DNA from: Podarcis liolepis
Taxonomy: Eukaryota
Assembly: GCA_965112155.1 (NCBI GenBank)
Contig: OZ218100.1
Strand: one strand, 5' to 3'
Length of the DNA stretch: 64,000 bases
In this document: piece after piece, positions 11,889 to 24,036 of the stretch
Position numbering within the stretch: the first letter of the stretch is position 1
Layout: each line of letters opens with the position of its first letter
Notes under the pieces: generated by a model
The model's database searches: none
What the model saw: only the letters and a program-made list of their open reading frames with translations
Told to the model about the DNA's origin: nothing
Translations under genes and position numbers: made by a program

Positions 11889-13150
11889 TCATACCCTCCA
11901 ACATCTCTCCAATGAAAATATAGACATCCAAGTCATTATTATTATTATTATTATTCCCCGCCCATCTAACCAGGTTGCCCCAGACATCCTGGGTGGCTTC
12001 CAATATGTATAAAAACATAATAAAACATTAAACATTTAAAAACTTCCCTAGACAGGGCTGCCTTCAGCTATCTTCTAAAGCAGTGTTTCCCAACCTTTTT
12101 TGGGCAAAGGCACACTTGTTTCATGAAAAAAATCTCGAGGCACACCACCATGCCAGATGGGGAAAGGTCACTTTTTACTTATGTAAAAAAAAAAAAAAAA
12201 AAATAGTAACAGCATAGAAGGTAATGGTTAGGCTAGCATCCCTCTTCCAAATATGCTAGGTTTTTATTTGCAGGGACTGTTCTACATGGGAAAGCATTCA
12301 GCACTGTCATTCTCCCATCTGCCGTCTGAATTGGTACTATTCTGGGTCAACTTACTCTGCTGCATGTGTAGATGAAAATGGCACCAAGTGTGGGGGAGGG
12401 GGCAGAACAGGTTTCAGATACAGGATATTAAGCATACACGTACTTCAGATTGAACTGGTTGCTTTGCAAGTTTTCATTTCCCAAATGACTGCCTTGGCAA
12501 GAGCAATACCTACCAGGCTCAACGCCGGTCTCGCGCTGCCGCTTCCCGCGCTCTCAAGGACCCGGGAGGAGGAAGGCGTGAAGGGAATCCCGAAGGCGCG
12601 AAAACCTCGCGCATGCGCAGGCCTTCCGCCTGCGACAGCCCAGTAGGCCGGCCGAAGCGAGCGGCGATGGGATGTGGGAGGGAGCTCGCTCGCCGCCCCG
12701 CGTGTGCCTATGTGGGGCACGTTACAGCCCCGTGACGTCAGCGCCACGCAGGCAGCCAGGCAGGCAGACGGCGAGAGCCCCGCGCTGGGCGGCCTCTCCT
12801 CGCCGCCGCCGCCCCGCCTCTCGCCGCCCGACTCGCCCGCCTCCCTCCCACGGCACACCAGGAAACGTCTCGCGGCACACTAGTGTGCCGCGGAACACCG
12901 GTTGGGAAACACTGTTCTAAAGGTTATCTACTTATCTCCTTGGCCCGGTGTGTGTGTGTCGCATAACTCCATAACCTCCAACATTTCTCATTTGAAAATA
13001 GGGACGTCCTACCATGCCCTCCAATATTTCTCTGGTGAAAATAGGGACGTTCTAAGGAAAAGTGGGACATTCTGGGATCAAATCAGAAATGGGAACGGCC
13101 TCTGTAAATCTGGGACTGTCCCTGGAAAGTAGAGACACTTGGAAGGTCTG
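11889..13150. mobile_element. Composite MITE (CATACCCTCCAAC ... TTGGAAGGTCTG) carrying an L2 3' tail fragment, itself host to the hAT at 12081
   Basis: Same CATACCCTCCAACATTTCTCC.ATGAAAATAGGGAC motif plus inverted L2 tail also at ~10408-10760; partial copies at 16480-16566, 16770-17200, 28442-28482. Confidence 0.6.
12081..12914. mobile_element. Non-autonomous hAT transposon, copy 1 (with CpG-rich cargo)
   Basis: TIR CAGTGTTTCCCAACC / GGTTGGGAAACACTG; perfect 8-bp TSD TTCTAAAG (12073-12080, 12915-12922). Confidence 0.92.
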
Positions 13151-14261
13151 GCACACGTACGTGTGCATAAACCTTTGTATTACTAGTATTGTTTCTTTTA
13201 AAAAAAATTGTCCCACCTTGCAGTTGATTAAGCATAGCCAGAGTGACTCACAGAAATATGTAACTATATATTCACAAAAGCGAACAAACAAAGCAGTGAA
13301 AGAACTGGGAAGGCCCTTCTTTGATCCATAATATGTCTAGGTAGGGGTTGGTAAGATTCCTTGCTTGAAATCCTGCAAAGAAATCCTGCAAAGCCACTGT
13401 AGACACTACTGATGGTCTGACTCTGTATAAGGAAGCTTCCAATGTTCTCAATGCAGCATTCTAGAATGCAACAGGAGCAACAAAGGTACGACTTATTATG
13501 TGACAGGGGGGCAGAGACCCCGAGAAAGTATTTTTTATTAGAAATGTTTATGATGTTCCCCTGGTAAAGGCATAAATCAATCTTCTCGTAGACCATCACT
13601 GCGATTCCAAACAGGGTAAACGTGTTATTTGGAATGCAATTAAAAACGTGGCTTGTCCCAGATGATGTTCTGAATATCTCACTGCCGGAAACACCCCCAC
13701 TCTAACATTCATAGAAACTGCCCATCGAGTATGAAAAGTTCATGTGTGTTGTTTTGTAGTGCGTTCCATTCAAAAATGCACGTGAAGGACCAGTGGGTTT
13801 TGTGCGCTTGTTCAGGCAGCTTCAAGCAGTACCAGGAGATGGACTGCCCCTTTTGAGACAAGACCTTTTCTCAAGCAGAGCTTTCCTTGTAATTTACTTA
13901 CCTATCTATTTATTTTAATGAGGAATATAGATCGGGTGGCCAGTTCTACAAAAAAGGGGATCTGCATTGTCAAGAACATGGATGGAAGAGGATGCAAATT
14001 TGCATAAAATACTGCATACGGTGCAGCAGAGATGTAAACTGAGAAACAATTTCTGTCATTTAAATAGAAGCGCAATAAATCTATACCATAAGGGGGAAGA
14101 CATCAGGTGACTTGCGGGCTTGCTCAAACTGACCCAGCACTGCTCACGGTTGATGGTCAAATTCAAGGCTTCTGATCTCCCTTTGTATGGTTCCTTATTT
14201 CAAACCAGACATGGACAGGCCAGCCCTCAAATAGATGATATTTTCAAAACAGAAGACTGTA

Positions 14262-14502
14262 CAGTCATACCTTGGAAGACGAACAGCTTGGCATTCGTAC
14301 GTTTTGGCTCCAGAACGCCGCAAACCCGGAAGTGAGTGTTCCTGTTTCCAAACGTTTTTTGGAAGCCAAACATCCAGCACAGCTTCCTAGTGGCTGCAGG
14401 AGCTTCCTGTAGCCAATCGGAAGCAATGCCTTCGTTTCCAAATGTTTTGGAAGTCAAACGGACTTCTGGAATGGATTCCGTTTGGCTTCCAAGGTACGAC
14501 TG
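14262..14502. mobile_element. Tc1/mariner-superfamily (Tigger-like) MITE
   Basis: TIR CAGTCATACCTTGGAAG / CTTCCAAGGTACGACTG with TA on both sides. Confidence 0.8.
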
Positions 14503-16167
14503 TATAGTAAAACACACGACCACCTTAAATATAGAATGGTGTGGAAGCAGGGGCATTGTGTACCCAAAGTTGCCAAAAAACTTTTAAATAACTTTAACAA
14601 AATATTCCTTTCCCCCACACCCCGCCAAAAATGTATATAAGTTTGGTTTCCTCTAGTGCATCCAAATCTCTGGATTCATCCCAGCCCATGTTTTACAGGT
14701 TGCGGTTGGACCTCACCAGGCAAATCATGAAGCATTTAGCTAGGCCTAATTCTGTCCTTTCCTTTTGTAGCAGCTGTTTAAAATGGGAGGGGGCTCATTT
14801 GTAGTTTGCATTTACTGCCTTTTCCTGCAGCTTCCTGCCTCTGCATCGCATCATATACCAGGGGAGTAAGATGTGTCTGTAAACATCCTGTAATATTTTC
14901 CAGTATTAAAATAATGTTGATATGCTATGTTACATTTTTCTTTCTGGAATAAGCAACATATTCAAAGCGAGAAGGTACAAAGCTGGGAGCTGGGAAGTGA
15001 ATGCAAAGGTGCTCAGGGGTAGTTTCCAGCTCACTTCTTGTGCCTAACCCTGTAAGGCTACAATCCTAGGCGGACTGGACTTGGGACAAACCCAAAGAGG
15101 CTTACTCCCAAACTAAGGCACTAACAGCCTACTGAAATTTCACTTCATTCATCTGACCCATGTGGTCTTGAGTCCGCTAAAACCTATGCTGCAATAAATG
15201 TGTTGGCCTTTAAGCATCCACAAAATTCTCTGTTGTTTTCAGTAACAGTCTGTATGTGTTGATCCTCAAAAGAATGTTATTTTCTGTTCATGTGATATCA
15301 GGGCATGGGCTGAGGGGGATTCAGAGGCCGTATCAAGCGTAGAAAGGAATATTTTTGTGGCTGCTAAAGATAGGTCACTCTGTGGAGATAAAGTAAGAAT
15401 GTGGAGAACTATTACTTCAAAGGCTATCTTAATACTACTACATTTCCTATTAGTACTCTTAAAGTTTACATATGGAAATATTTGAATGGGCAATATTGAA
15501 AGAAAACAATATTGATATTCAACATGGTTGGAAAACCAGAAATATCTTAGGCTATGTATATCACGCATTTCAAACACATTTCAAGCACATGACTTCCCCC
15601 AGATAATCCTAGGAAGTGTAGTTTGTCAGGGTGCTGGGAATTGTAGCTCTGTGATGGTTAAATGACAGTTTCCAGTATTCTTTGGGAAAAGCCAGATATT
15701 TTAAATGTGCTTCAAATGCATGGCGTGCACACAGCTGCAATGTCTAATTATATCAAAGGGTGTCCTAAATGTGATGCAATAAATGATTCCTTTATTTCAT
15801 TCTGGCTATTTGTAGCTGAAAGTTTTGTAGGATAGAAAAAACAGCACGTGCGCACACACGTAATAACAGAAAATCGATAGGGTTTGTAATTTAATGTTTG
15901 GTCGGAAGTATAGATGAGAATATCAAGTAACCAAGAGCAGTGAGCTATGACGAGATTTCCTTTACAAAGTAAGACCTCCAATTGTCTGCATCTCAGACCT
16001 CCTATTTCCTCAGAGTAACCCAAAGATATGGTATACGGCATTATGCTTTCTTTCAGGGTTTCTACAATTTGAGGGGGGCGGGCAGGGAGGATGCTCTCCT
16101 TACAATAATAGGGAAATTGAGACCTCTAACAAGTTTGCAGAAAAATGCTTGCAGGAGAAGTTGTATA

Positions 16168-16420
16168 CAGTGGTGCCCCGCAAGACGAATGCCTCGCAAG
16201 ACGAAAAACTCGCTAGACGAAAGGGTTTTTCGCTTTTGCGTTGCTTCGCTAGACGAATTTCCCTATGGGCTTGCTTCACAAGACGTAAATGTCTTGCGCT
16301 TTTTTCTTAAAGCCGCTTGAAGAGGCGCAGTTGCGACGGACCGTGCTTCGCAAGACGAAAAACATCGCAAGACGAAAAGACTCGCGGGACGAATTATTTT
16401 CGTCTTGCGAGGCACCACTG
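16168..16420. mobile_element. Tc1/mariner-superfamily (Tigger-like) MITE, CAGTGGTGCC family
   Basis: TIR CAGTGGTGCCCCGCAAGACGAA / TTCGTCTTGCGAGGCACCACTG, TA TSD; second copy at 62030-62478. Confidence 0.85.
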
Positions 16421-16801
16421 TACTTTTAATGATGATTTCACTTAATCATTTGTGACCAATGTTTTCACAAACGCTTTATAGAACATTCTGGGATCTAATC
16501 AGAAACTGGGACGGCTTCTGTAAATCTGGGACTGTCTCTGGAAAACAGGGGCACTTGGAGGGTCTGGCATTTTAAAAATCACTGGAGAGGAAGATGTTAT
16601 TCATTCCTGTAGGCTAGCTAGAGGCCTTCACTGTAGAGCAGTCTATACATTGTATGTGTGTATATGGGAATAAATAAATACTGGTATCTACTAGAATGGT
16701 TGCAGGTTTCTGACTTTTTTGTAGTGAGAAGAAAGAGTCCTCTAGATCTGGCTCAGGGACTGCATCACTCCATTGCCTCCATCATTTCTCCGATGAAAAT
16801 A

Positions 16802-17113
16802 GGGACAGGGTGGTGCTGTGGGTTAAACCACAGAGCCTAGGACTTGCCGATCAGAAGGTCGCGGTTCAAATCCCCGCAACGGGGTGAGCTCCCATTGCTC
16901 AGTCCCAGCTCCTGACCACCTAGCAGCTCGAAAGCACGTCAAAGTGCAAGTAGATAGGAAGGAAGGTAAACAGCGTTTCCGTGCGCTGCTCTGGTTCGCC
17001 AGAAGCGGCTTAGTCATGCTGGCCACATTACCTTGGCCAATGAAGCGAGATGAGTGCCGCAACCCCAGAGTCAGTCACGACTGGACCTAATGGTCAGGGC
17101 TCCCTTTACCTTT
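16802..17113 (+). mobile_element. Sauria SINE
   Basis: GGGACAGGGTGGTGCTGTGGGTTAAACC...GGTTCAAATCCC...GTCACGACTGGAC...CTTTACCTTT. Confidence 0.85.
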
Positions 17114-17404
17114 AAGGAAAAGCAGGACATTCCAGGATCAACTCAGAAACCTTCTGTAAATCCAGAACTGTCCCTGGAAAATAGGGACCCTGGGGGGTTG
17201 TAGTAGCCAATTAGAAAAGTTTCCGAAGTTGGCAATGGGTGCCTGAGGGCACTGAAAGCAGGACAAGTAGACAGCTTCCATTCCCTGTTCTCCGAATCAG
17301 TAATTCCCATTTGCTGGATGAATCCACCACTCTATATTTGTGATCTCAGAGAGACACAGTGCAAGGTTTATTTCCCACCTCCTCTCTTTGCCATTTTATC
17401 CACA

Positions 17405-17755
17405 GTAAAGTTAAAGGGCCCCTGGCGGTTAAATCCAGTCAAATTTGACTATGGGGTGCGGTGCTCATCTCCGCTTCCCAGCTGAGGGAGCCGACGTTTG
17501 TCCGCAGACAGGTTTCCAGGTCATGTGGCCAGCATGACTAAGCTGCTTCTGGCGCAATGGAACACTGTGACCAAAGCCAGAGCACACAGAAACAGTTTAC
17601 CTTCCTGCCATAGTGGTGGCTATTTATCTACTTGCGCTGGTGTGCTTTCAAACTGCTAGGTTGGCAAAAGCTGGGACAGAGCAATGGGAGCTCAGCCTGT
17701 CGCGCAGATTCGAACCGCTCACCTTACGATCGGCAAGCCCAAGAGGCTCAGTGGC
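17405..17755 (-). mobile_element. Sauria SINE
   Basis: Reverse complement of the same consensus; GTAAAG-type tail at left end. Confidence 0.8.
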
Positions 17756-19651
17756 ACTAATAGAGTCATCATTTTAATTTAGGGAGTAGGGATGAAGTGC
17801 AACAACAGATAGGTGTACAATTAACTGGTATTCAGGAAAGAGTTCTGTCCTTGCACCCAGGCTGGCTGAGAACGAGAGAGGGGTTGCTGACCCCTGGTGT
17901 ACAATTAACTGGTATTCAGGAAAGAGTTCTGTCCTTGCACCCAGGCTGGCTGAGAACGAGAGAGGGTTGAGATGTTCTGGGAGTCAGTATTAATTGTGTT
18001 ATTTTGTACAATGTCAGCTGGAGAGACTTCTAGTAGCTGACTCAGAAAATCAGATAGATAGGTAAGTTTCAATGAAATCCAAAAACCTAATGTGGCCCAG
18101 GTATAAAAAGTTGAGGGAACTTTGCTCTGAGATTGGCTTGCTAGCATCTTCTTATCCCCCCCCCCCCCCGATGGCTGTCTAGCGGGTGATTCGTCGATAA
18201 ACAAAACTAGTTAGAACAAGTACTGTGGGTGGAGGATGAATGGTTGGGGAAGTGATCTGCATCCCTAGTTATGCAGCCCAGCTATGTGCGGGCATTTGTA
18301 GGCATTTAGTCCGCAGGGCTTCTGAAAGGATATAAATAAACAAGTTGTTAACAGTATCAGCAGTCTCTGATGTCTACCCGCCCAATGGCCTGTAATACTT
18401 CGAATAGCTAACTCCTGCTATGTAGCACACATTGATATTTTTTCGGAGGGTGTTGGATGCAGGAGAAATGTCAGCTCTGCCTCTATTTAAAGCTCTGAAT
18501 CATATCTGAAGCAGTGAATCATTTAGAGAAAGTTCAACAAAATAATTTAATATCGCTCAATATCCATTTTGATTCAGAGTGGTGTGGATCTCCTATTTTT
18601 ATCAAGGAAAAAATAATAATTATAGCAATTTATGATGAAGTGGGGGAAATGGTTTCTTTTATTGGTTTTGGTTACAAATTTCTTTTAATTAAAAAGGGTA
18701 TTATATTTTTTTCCTTCTTTTTCCTCCTCTTCCTCCTCCTCCTTCCTCTTCTTGTGATTACAGGGTCTTTTTTTCAATTCTGCTATCAAGTTTTAGCCAA
18801 GAAAATTACCGCAATTAATTTTATGGCACCCCAATCACTCTTGTTTTGTTTTTGTTTTTTTAACGTCAACTTTATTTCCATAAAATAAAATTCATTATTT
18901 AAAGAATTTTATAAGCATTTTTAAATTTGACTTAAGTTCATATAGGTGCATTCAAAATTTCTGATTTGTAGTCCAAAGTGTTTGTATGGAAGCAGTTTGA
19001 TTGCACTCAACTTCTGAGGTCTAGTCTGTATGTATATATGCTTCGGCAATTGAAGCCCATTTTCGTTCCCATTGTGGTAATGGTAACCTATGACTGCTGC
19101 ATTCAAGTTCAACACAATGTCTACTAGACACATTGATACCCTGGGACCTTCTGCATGCACCACAAATGCTTAGCCACTGAGCTACATCCCTTCCCCAAGA
19201 GAGAGACCCCTTCCACTATCTGGGATCCGACTTTGGTCAAGATGGCGACCAGGCAGCTAGCTCTGAAGCAATGTAGAAACGCAATTTTCACTGAGTTTAA
19301 TTGAGTTTTAATGGGTTTTAATTTCTTTTAAAACAATTATTTTATCAACAACTTATGTTTTGGAGCTGTAATGCCAACCGCAATTAAGTTTTAATGAACT
19401 CTACCGTGCTATCGGATGTTGTAGCGTTTTCGGAGCGAAGGCAAGCCACTGGGCGCATAAATCTCAAAGGTGCCGGCTGGTGCTGCGAGAGATAAGGAAG
19501 CTGTTTCTGACCCTTTTTCTCTCTCCCCTGCTGACTTTGAACTGTAGATAGTACACAGCTGACTGTTATCGTCCACCTACAAACAAAGTACAAGCCTGTT
19601 CAATCGACTGCCTGCTTGTTTGTTTGGAAGTAGGGAGAGGTATATAAGATA

Positions 19652-19858
19652 CTGTATTTACTCGAATGTAATGCACACACCCTTTTTGGCCAAATTACAT
19701 CTCAAAAATTAGGGTGCGCATTAGATTGGACGTCGCACTAGATTTGATTGCAAACTTGAAAAACACCGCTGACATAGCAGATACTTTTCTGGTTTCCAGC
19801 TTCTGAAAACTGAGGAGCGCATTAGATTCGATGGTTCATTAGATTCATGTAAATATGG
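19652..19858. mobile_element. Tc1/mariner-superfamily MITE
   Basis: TA-CTGTATTTACTCGAATGTAATG ... CATTAGATTCATGTAAATATGG-TA imperfect TIR; internal GCGCATTAGATT repeats. Confidence 0.7.
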
Positions 19859-20576
19859 TACTTTGTAATGGCGGTCACCCATCTTCACTCGCAGCGTTTG
19901 CAAGTGAATGGAGCCTGCTTGAGTGGTCAGCAGAGACTACCTAGAATCACCATGAGTGGCTATTACTTGTATGCTGTGAGTCATGTGCCATGCTTTGCTA
20001 CTCTTGTTGATCTCACGATTGGCTCTATTGAAAATAAGGCTGTGTAGAGTTTGATTAATGACTCCATGGCGAATTTGAATCCACTGTCTTGGGCCAAGAG
20101 AAGCAAGTTCAGGAACAAATGGTTTCTCCCGTTTCCAGAAGACTCCAGTTAAGGAGATTGAGCATTAGATGAAAGTCGCAAAAATCGCTTTCCCACCTCT
20201 TCCCCAATTTGGATGTGCAGATTGTTTAGGGTTATCAAAAACTACAGAGGCTTTAAATATCACATTGCCGGGGTAAGATGGGGCTTATCTGCAAATTTCC
20301 TCATCAGATACACATTGAGCCGAAATAACTGATTTCCCGGCACCTGTCCTCCAGTTAAGATATATCATGTGATTTGTAAAAAATATGCTCCTTACTTGTC
20401 TGTTGCAAAAGTAGCACTGTTCACCCAATTGACATTAAAATTAGTCAAAACAAACAAATGAAAACTAGAAAGGACCCCGGAGATCAAAGATAAGCAGCAT
20501 GCTGCCTTGGGAGACAGGTGTAGACGGCTTCTCACCTGCATTTTGATTTCTGCTTTGAAAGAGGTCGAAATTCATA

Positions 20577-22272
20577 GGTTGTCAAGGAGAAAGAGTGCCT
20601 GCTCATCTTCTAGTCTCCAGCCCTCAAAATTGCAAATCAGTTAGGATAATGCAAAGAGCACTTCTTCTTCTCATCTTGCTAGATCTCGGGCTGACTCAAC
20701 TTTCTAAAATGGCACACATTCCCCCAAAGAACCTACAGTATGTAATCCTTCGGGCAAATGTCCAATAATACCTTTAGAAGCAATAGTATTAAAGAGATGC
20801 TTCTTGCAGAATTGGCAAAAGAAACTGCAGCACCTCGAATGAAGACAAGTGCTTGCAATATGCAGGAGGGCCAAGAAAAGTCTGCTCTAAAGAGATCAGA
20901 ACCAAAGCTGGAAACATCCTAGGAGGCTTCTAGGCGTGAGAGCCGTCCGATTGCTGCTTCTGAAGAAACCAGTGAACCTGGATCTCGGGGTACCTCAACT
21001 TCTAGAATTGCAGACACTCCCCAAAAGAAACTACGCATTCATTTAGCCAAAGGTCCAATACCAATAGCTGCCATCAGTGCTAAAGAGAGGTTTCGTGCAG
21101 AATTGCAAGAAGAAACAGCAGCACCCCAAATCAAGACAATTGCTGCAATATATAGGAGAATCAGGAAGAATCTGCTCCAAAGAGATCAGAACCAAAGTGT
21201 ACTGAACTGGCAGGGCAATGGAGAAGAGGAAGAGGGTGCCAGCGAGGGCTGTAGCCGGGAGTGGGATGCACCTGGGCAAGCCGGGGATGGGAAAGCGAGG
21301 CTGGTGCAGGAAGTACTCTTGGGTTGATGGAGGATGATGAGGGGATGGGGGTTAGTGCACAGGAACCAGAGCAGCAGGACCCATTGCCCGAGCCAGAGGG
21401 GGCCCTCCCGCCACAAACACAGCGGGCTCTGAGCCATAGGGAGCAATGGGTGGGGCACTCCAGGAGGCTGGGGCAAGCCACTCATGGTGAGTCCACCTCA
21501 CTAGTTGGCCAGGTGGGGCTCATTAGCTGTTGGGAGGAGGGGTGTGAATACTCAGCTGGATTAGGCTTGGAACAGGTGAGGGTCACATGCCTCATCAAGC
21601 CCAGGGGCTGCCATCAGCAGACAAACTATAAAAGGGAAGCAGAGCTGTGTCTGCTCAACTGCCCATGTTGATGGACCTCAGTTTGGATGCTCTAGGATCT
21701 CCGTGGGACTGTGCTTCCTTTGGAGTTTGGGCACATGGATTAACCCAAGGACAAGGGACTTGACATAGTGACTTAGGTATGCCAGGGGTTCAGGACACAA
21801 AACATCTCTTGGAGGTTTCTAGGCATGGGAGCTGTCGGATTGCTGCTTCTGAAGAAACAACTGAACCTGGGTTGTCAATGAGAAAGAGTACTCAGTCATC
21901 TTCTAGTCTCCAGCCTCCAAAATCGCAAATGGATCAGGATAATGCAAAGGACGCCTCTTCTTCTTGTCTTACTAGATCTCGGGCTGCCTCAACTTCTAAA
22001 ATTGTTCTCCCAAACAACCTATGTAGTCCTTTAGCCAAAGCTCCAATAGTACCTTTAGAATCAACAGTAGCAGTCTGTACTCATGAGGAGCTTCACGCAG
22101 AACTGCAAAAGGAAGCAGCGGCACCCCAAATGAAGACAAGTGCTTACAATATGCAGGAGGGTCAGGAAGAGTCCATTATAAAGAGATCAGAACCAAAGGT
22201 GGAAGCGATCTAGGAGGTTTCTAGGCATGAGAGATGTCAGATTGTTGTTTCTGAAGAAACTGCTGAACTTGG
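20577..22272 (+). pseudogene. Decayed tandem array of three ~400-bp coding-like units (Ser/Glu/Lys-rich), origin unknown
   Basis: Anchor AGAGATCAGAACCAAAG at 20891, 21181, 22182; translations AELAKETAAPRMKTSACNMQEGQEKSALKRSEPK / AELQEETAAPQIKT / AELQKEAAAPQMKTSAYNMQEGQEESIIKRSEPK; in-frame stops and frameshifts present. Confidence 0.6.
21198..21797 (+). mobile_element. Solo LTR (600 bp, probably Gypsy/ERV type)
   Basis: TG...CA ends with inverted termini TGTACTGAAC / GTTCAGGACA, near-TSD CAAAG/CAAAA, TATAAAAG at 21627-21634; cleanly interrupts repeat unit 2. Confidence 0.75.
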
Positions 22273-22630
22273 GCCAAATATAACTCCAGATAGATGCTCT
22301 TGGGGAAGAAAAAATGGTTAGAAAACCGAAAACAGGAGGCAGAACAAAAACAGATCTCGAGGAGGAAGGAAAGCAGAACTTGGGAGACGAAGTTGGAGAG
22401 AGAGGATCTCCTTTCCAAACTGGTACAGGCTTGAGAGATGGAACAAAGAAGAGGTTGTGAGAGGACCACAAGGCGAAGGAGGAGATGTATCCCAAGTCAG
22501 AAAGAGCCCATCTGAGTTTTGAAGTTGGCCCAGCTGAATTTTGAAGCTGGAAGTTCTTGAAGGGCTATTCCACAACACTGTGTTACTTTTTCTCTGTAAT
22601 TTGTTTTTTGGGATGTCTACATCTTCTTGT

Positions 22631-22666
22631 ATAATAATAATGATGATGATGATGATGATGATGATG
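22631..22666. repeat. (ATA)n(ATG)n microsatellite
   Basis: Directly visible. Confidence 0.9.
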
Positions 22667-23452
22667 AAATGATTTGACTTGCAGAAGCTTCTGAGGCTTG
22701 GTAGAGCTTCTAAAGTTTCTTCCATGTGCTCAGGTTGTATTCACCTCTGTACTGTTTTATTTTTCTCTTCCATTCCCTTATAGACAGGAAGGGGGGGCGG
22801 GACCTCACATGAACTGAATATGCCTCATTCTGCTGTATTTTCAGCCTGTGATGAAACTTTATTTTCCACCTTAAAATGGTGAGATTAACAGTAGCATATC
22901 CAATTCCATGGATGGAATGTGAAGCCCAGACATATTTCTACACATCCAGCCCTGCAGCCTTAACCACATATAACACTCTCATTGATGTTTTGAGGCTTGC
23001 AGGAGACCAGGGTGCAATTAGGGAGGAGAGCTTTATGCATGTGGGGGTAAGGCAAGTCCATTTTAGACTTTCCCCCCTCCATAAACACACCTTTCTTACT
23101 TCAGGCTGTTTTTCCTTACCACCTGAGAAACTGAAGATGGGAAAGACTCATTCAAATTTCTGTGCACTGACTGCACATTATTTTACCTTCCATGAATTTT
23201 CTGTGCACTTTTCTGAGGTAGGTTTAAATTTTCAATGTCTACAGGCAGTTCATATAATCGTAAAGGACAGCACCAAAAGTACTGCTGGATTTCCTACTTT
23301 CCTAACCCCCCCAAAATCCTTTGATGGTGGTTGGTTTTTTTGTTTTGTTTTTCTCTAAAGTAGATATATTGAGCACTTTAACTGCACAAATCCAAATTTC
23401 CACTTAAATCCCTCCCACAACATTAAGTCTGGAGGCAACCTATGGTTTACCA

Positions 23453-23580
23453 CAGGCATAGGCAAACTCGGCCCTCCAGATGTTTTGGGACTACAACTCC
23501 CTAGCTAGCAGGACCAGTGGTCAGGGATGATGGGAGTTGTAGTCCCAAAACATCTGGAGGGCCGAGTTTGCCTGTGCCTG
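23453..23580. mobile_element. Palindromic hAT MITE nested in an older palindromic element (~23428-23675)
   Basis: Near-perfect inverted arms CAGGCATAGGCAAACTCGGCCCTCCAGATG...; 8-bp TSD GTTTACCA (23445-23452, 23581-23588). Confidence 0.9.
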
Positions 23581-24036
23581 GTTTACCAGCTTCAGAACAA
23601 AGCCAATGAAATCAACATTAAACCATGATTTTAATATTGGGGCTTGTTCTGAAGCTAGCAACCATAGCTTCCCAGTTTGGGCAAACTGAGAAACTGTGGT
23701 TAGTTGAAGAATTTCTAGCTTGTTTGCTCACACCACAAAGGGAGAGCCGATGGGGCTGGGTTATGTAGGCAAAATACCTAATTGAACAGGCTCAATTTCC
23801 CTCATTCATTGGAATCCGAAATTCAGGATAAGAGCAGAACCAATCGCACAAGTTTCAGGCTGAGACATGGACATTTTTCTAAAGCTATGTCATTGAACCC
23901 ATAACAGGGATGCTTCGTGTCTCAGCCTGTTATCTCTGGTACGTCTTCTGAATCGGAATGGGTGTGAGAAGGCGACATCTCCTGGAAGTCCTCTCGCTGT
24001 ATTAAGTTCTCTAGCACATGGCCACAAAAGCGTAAT

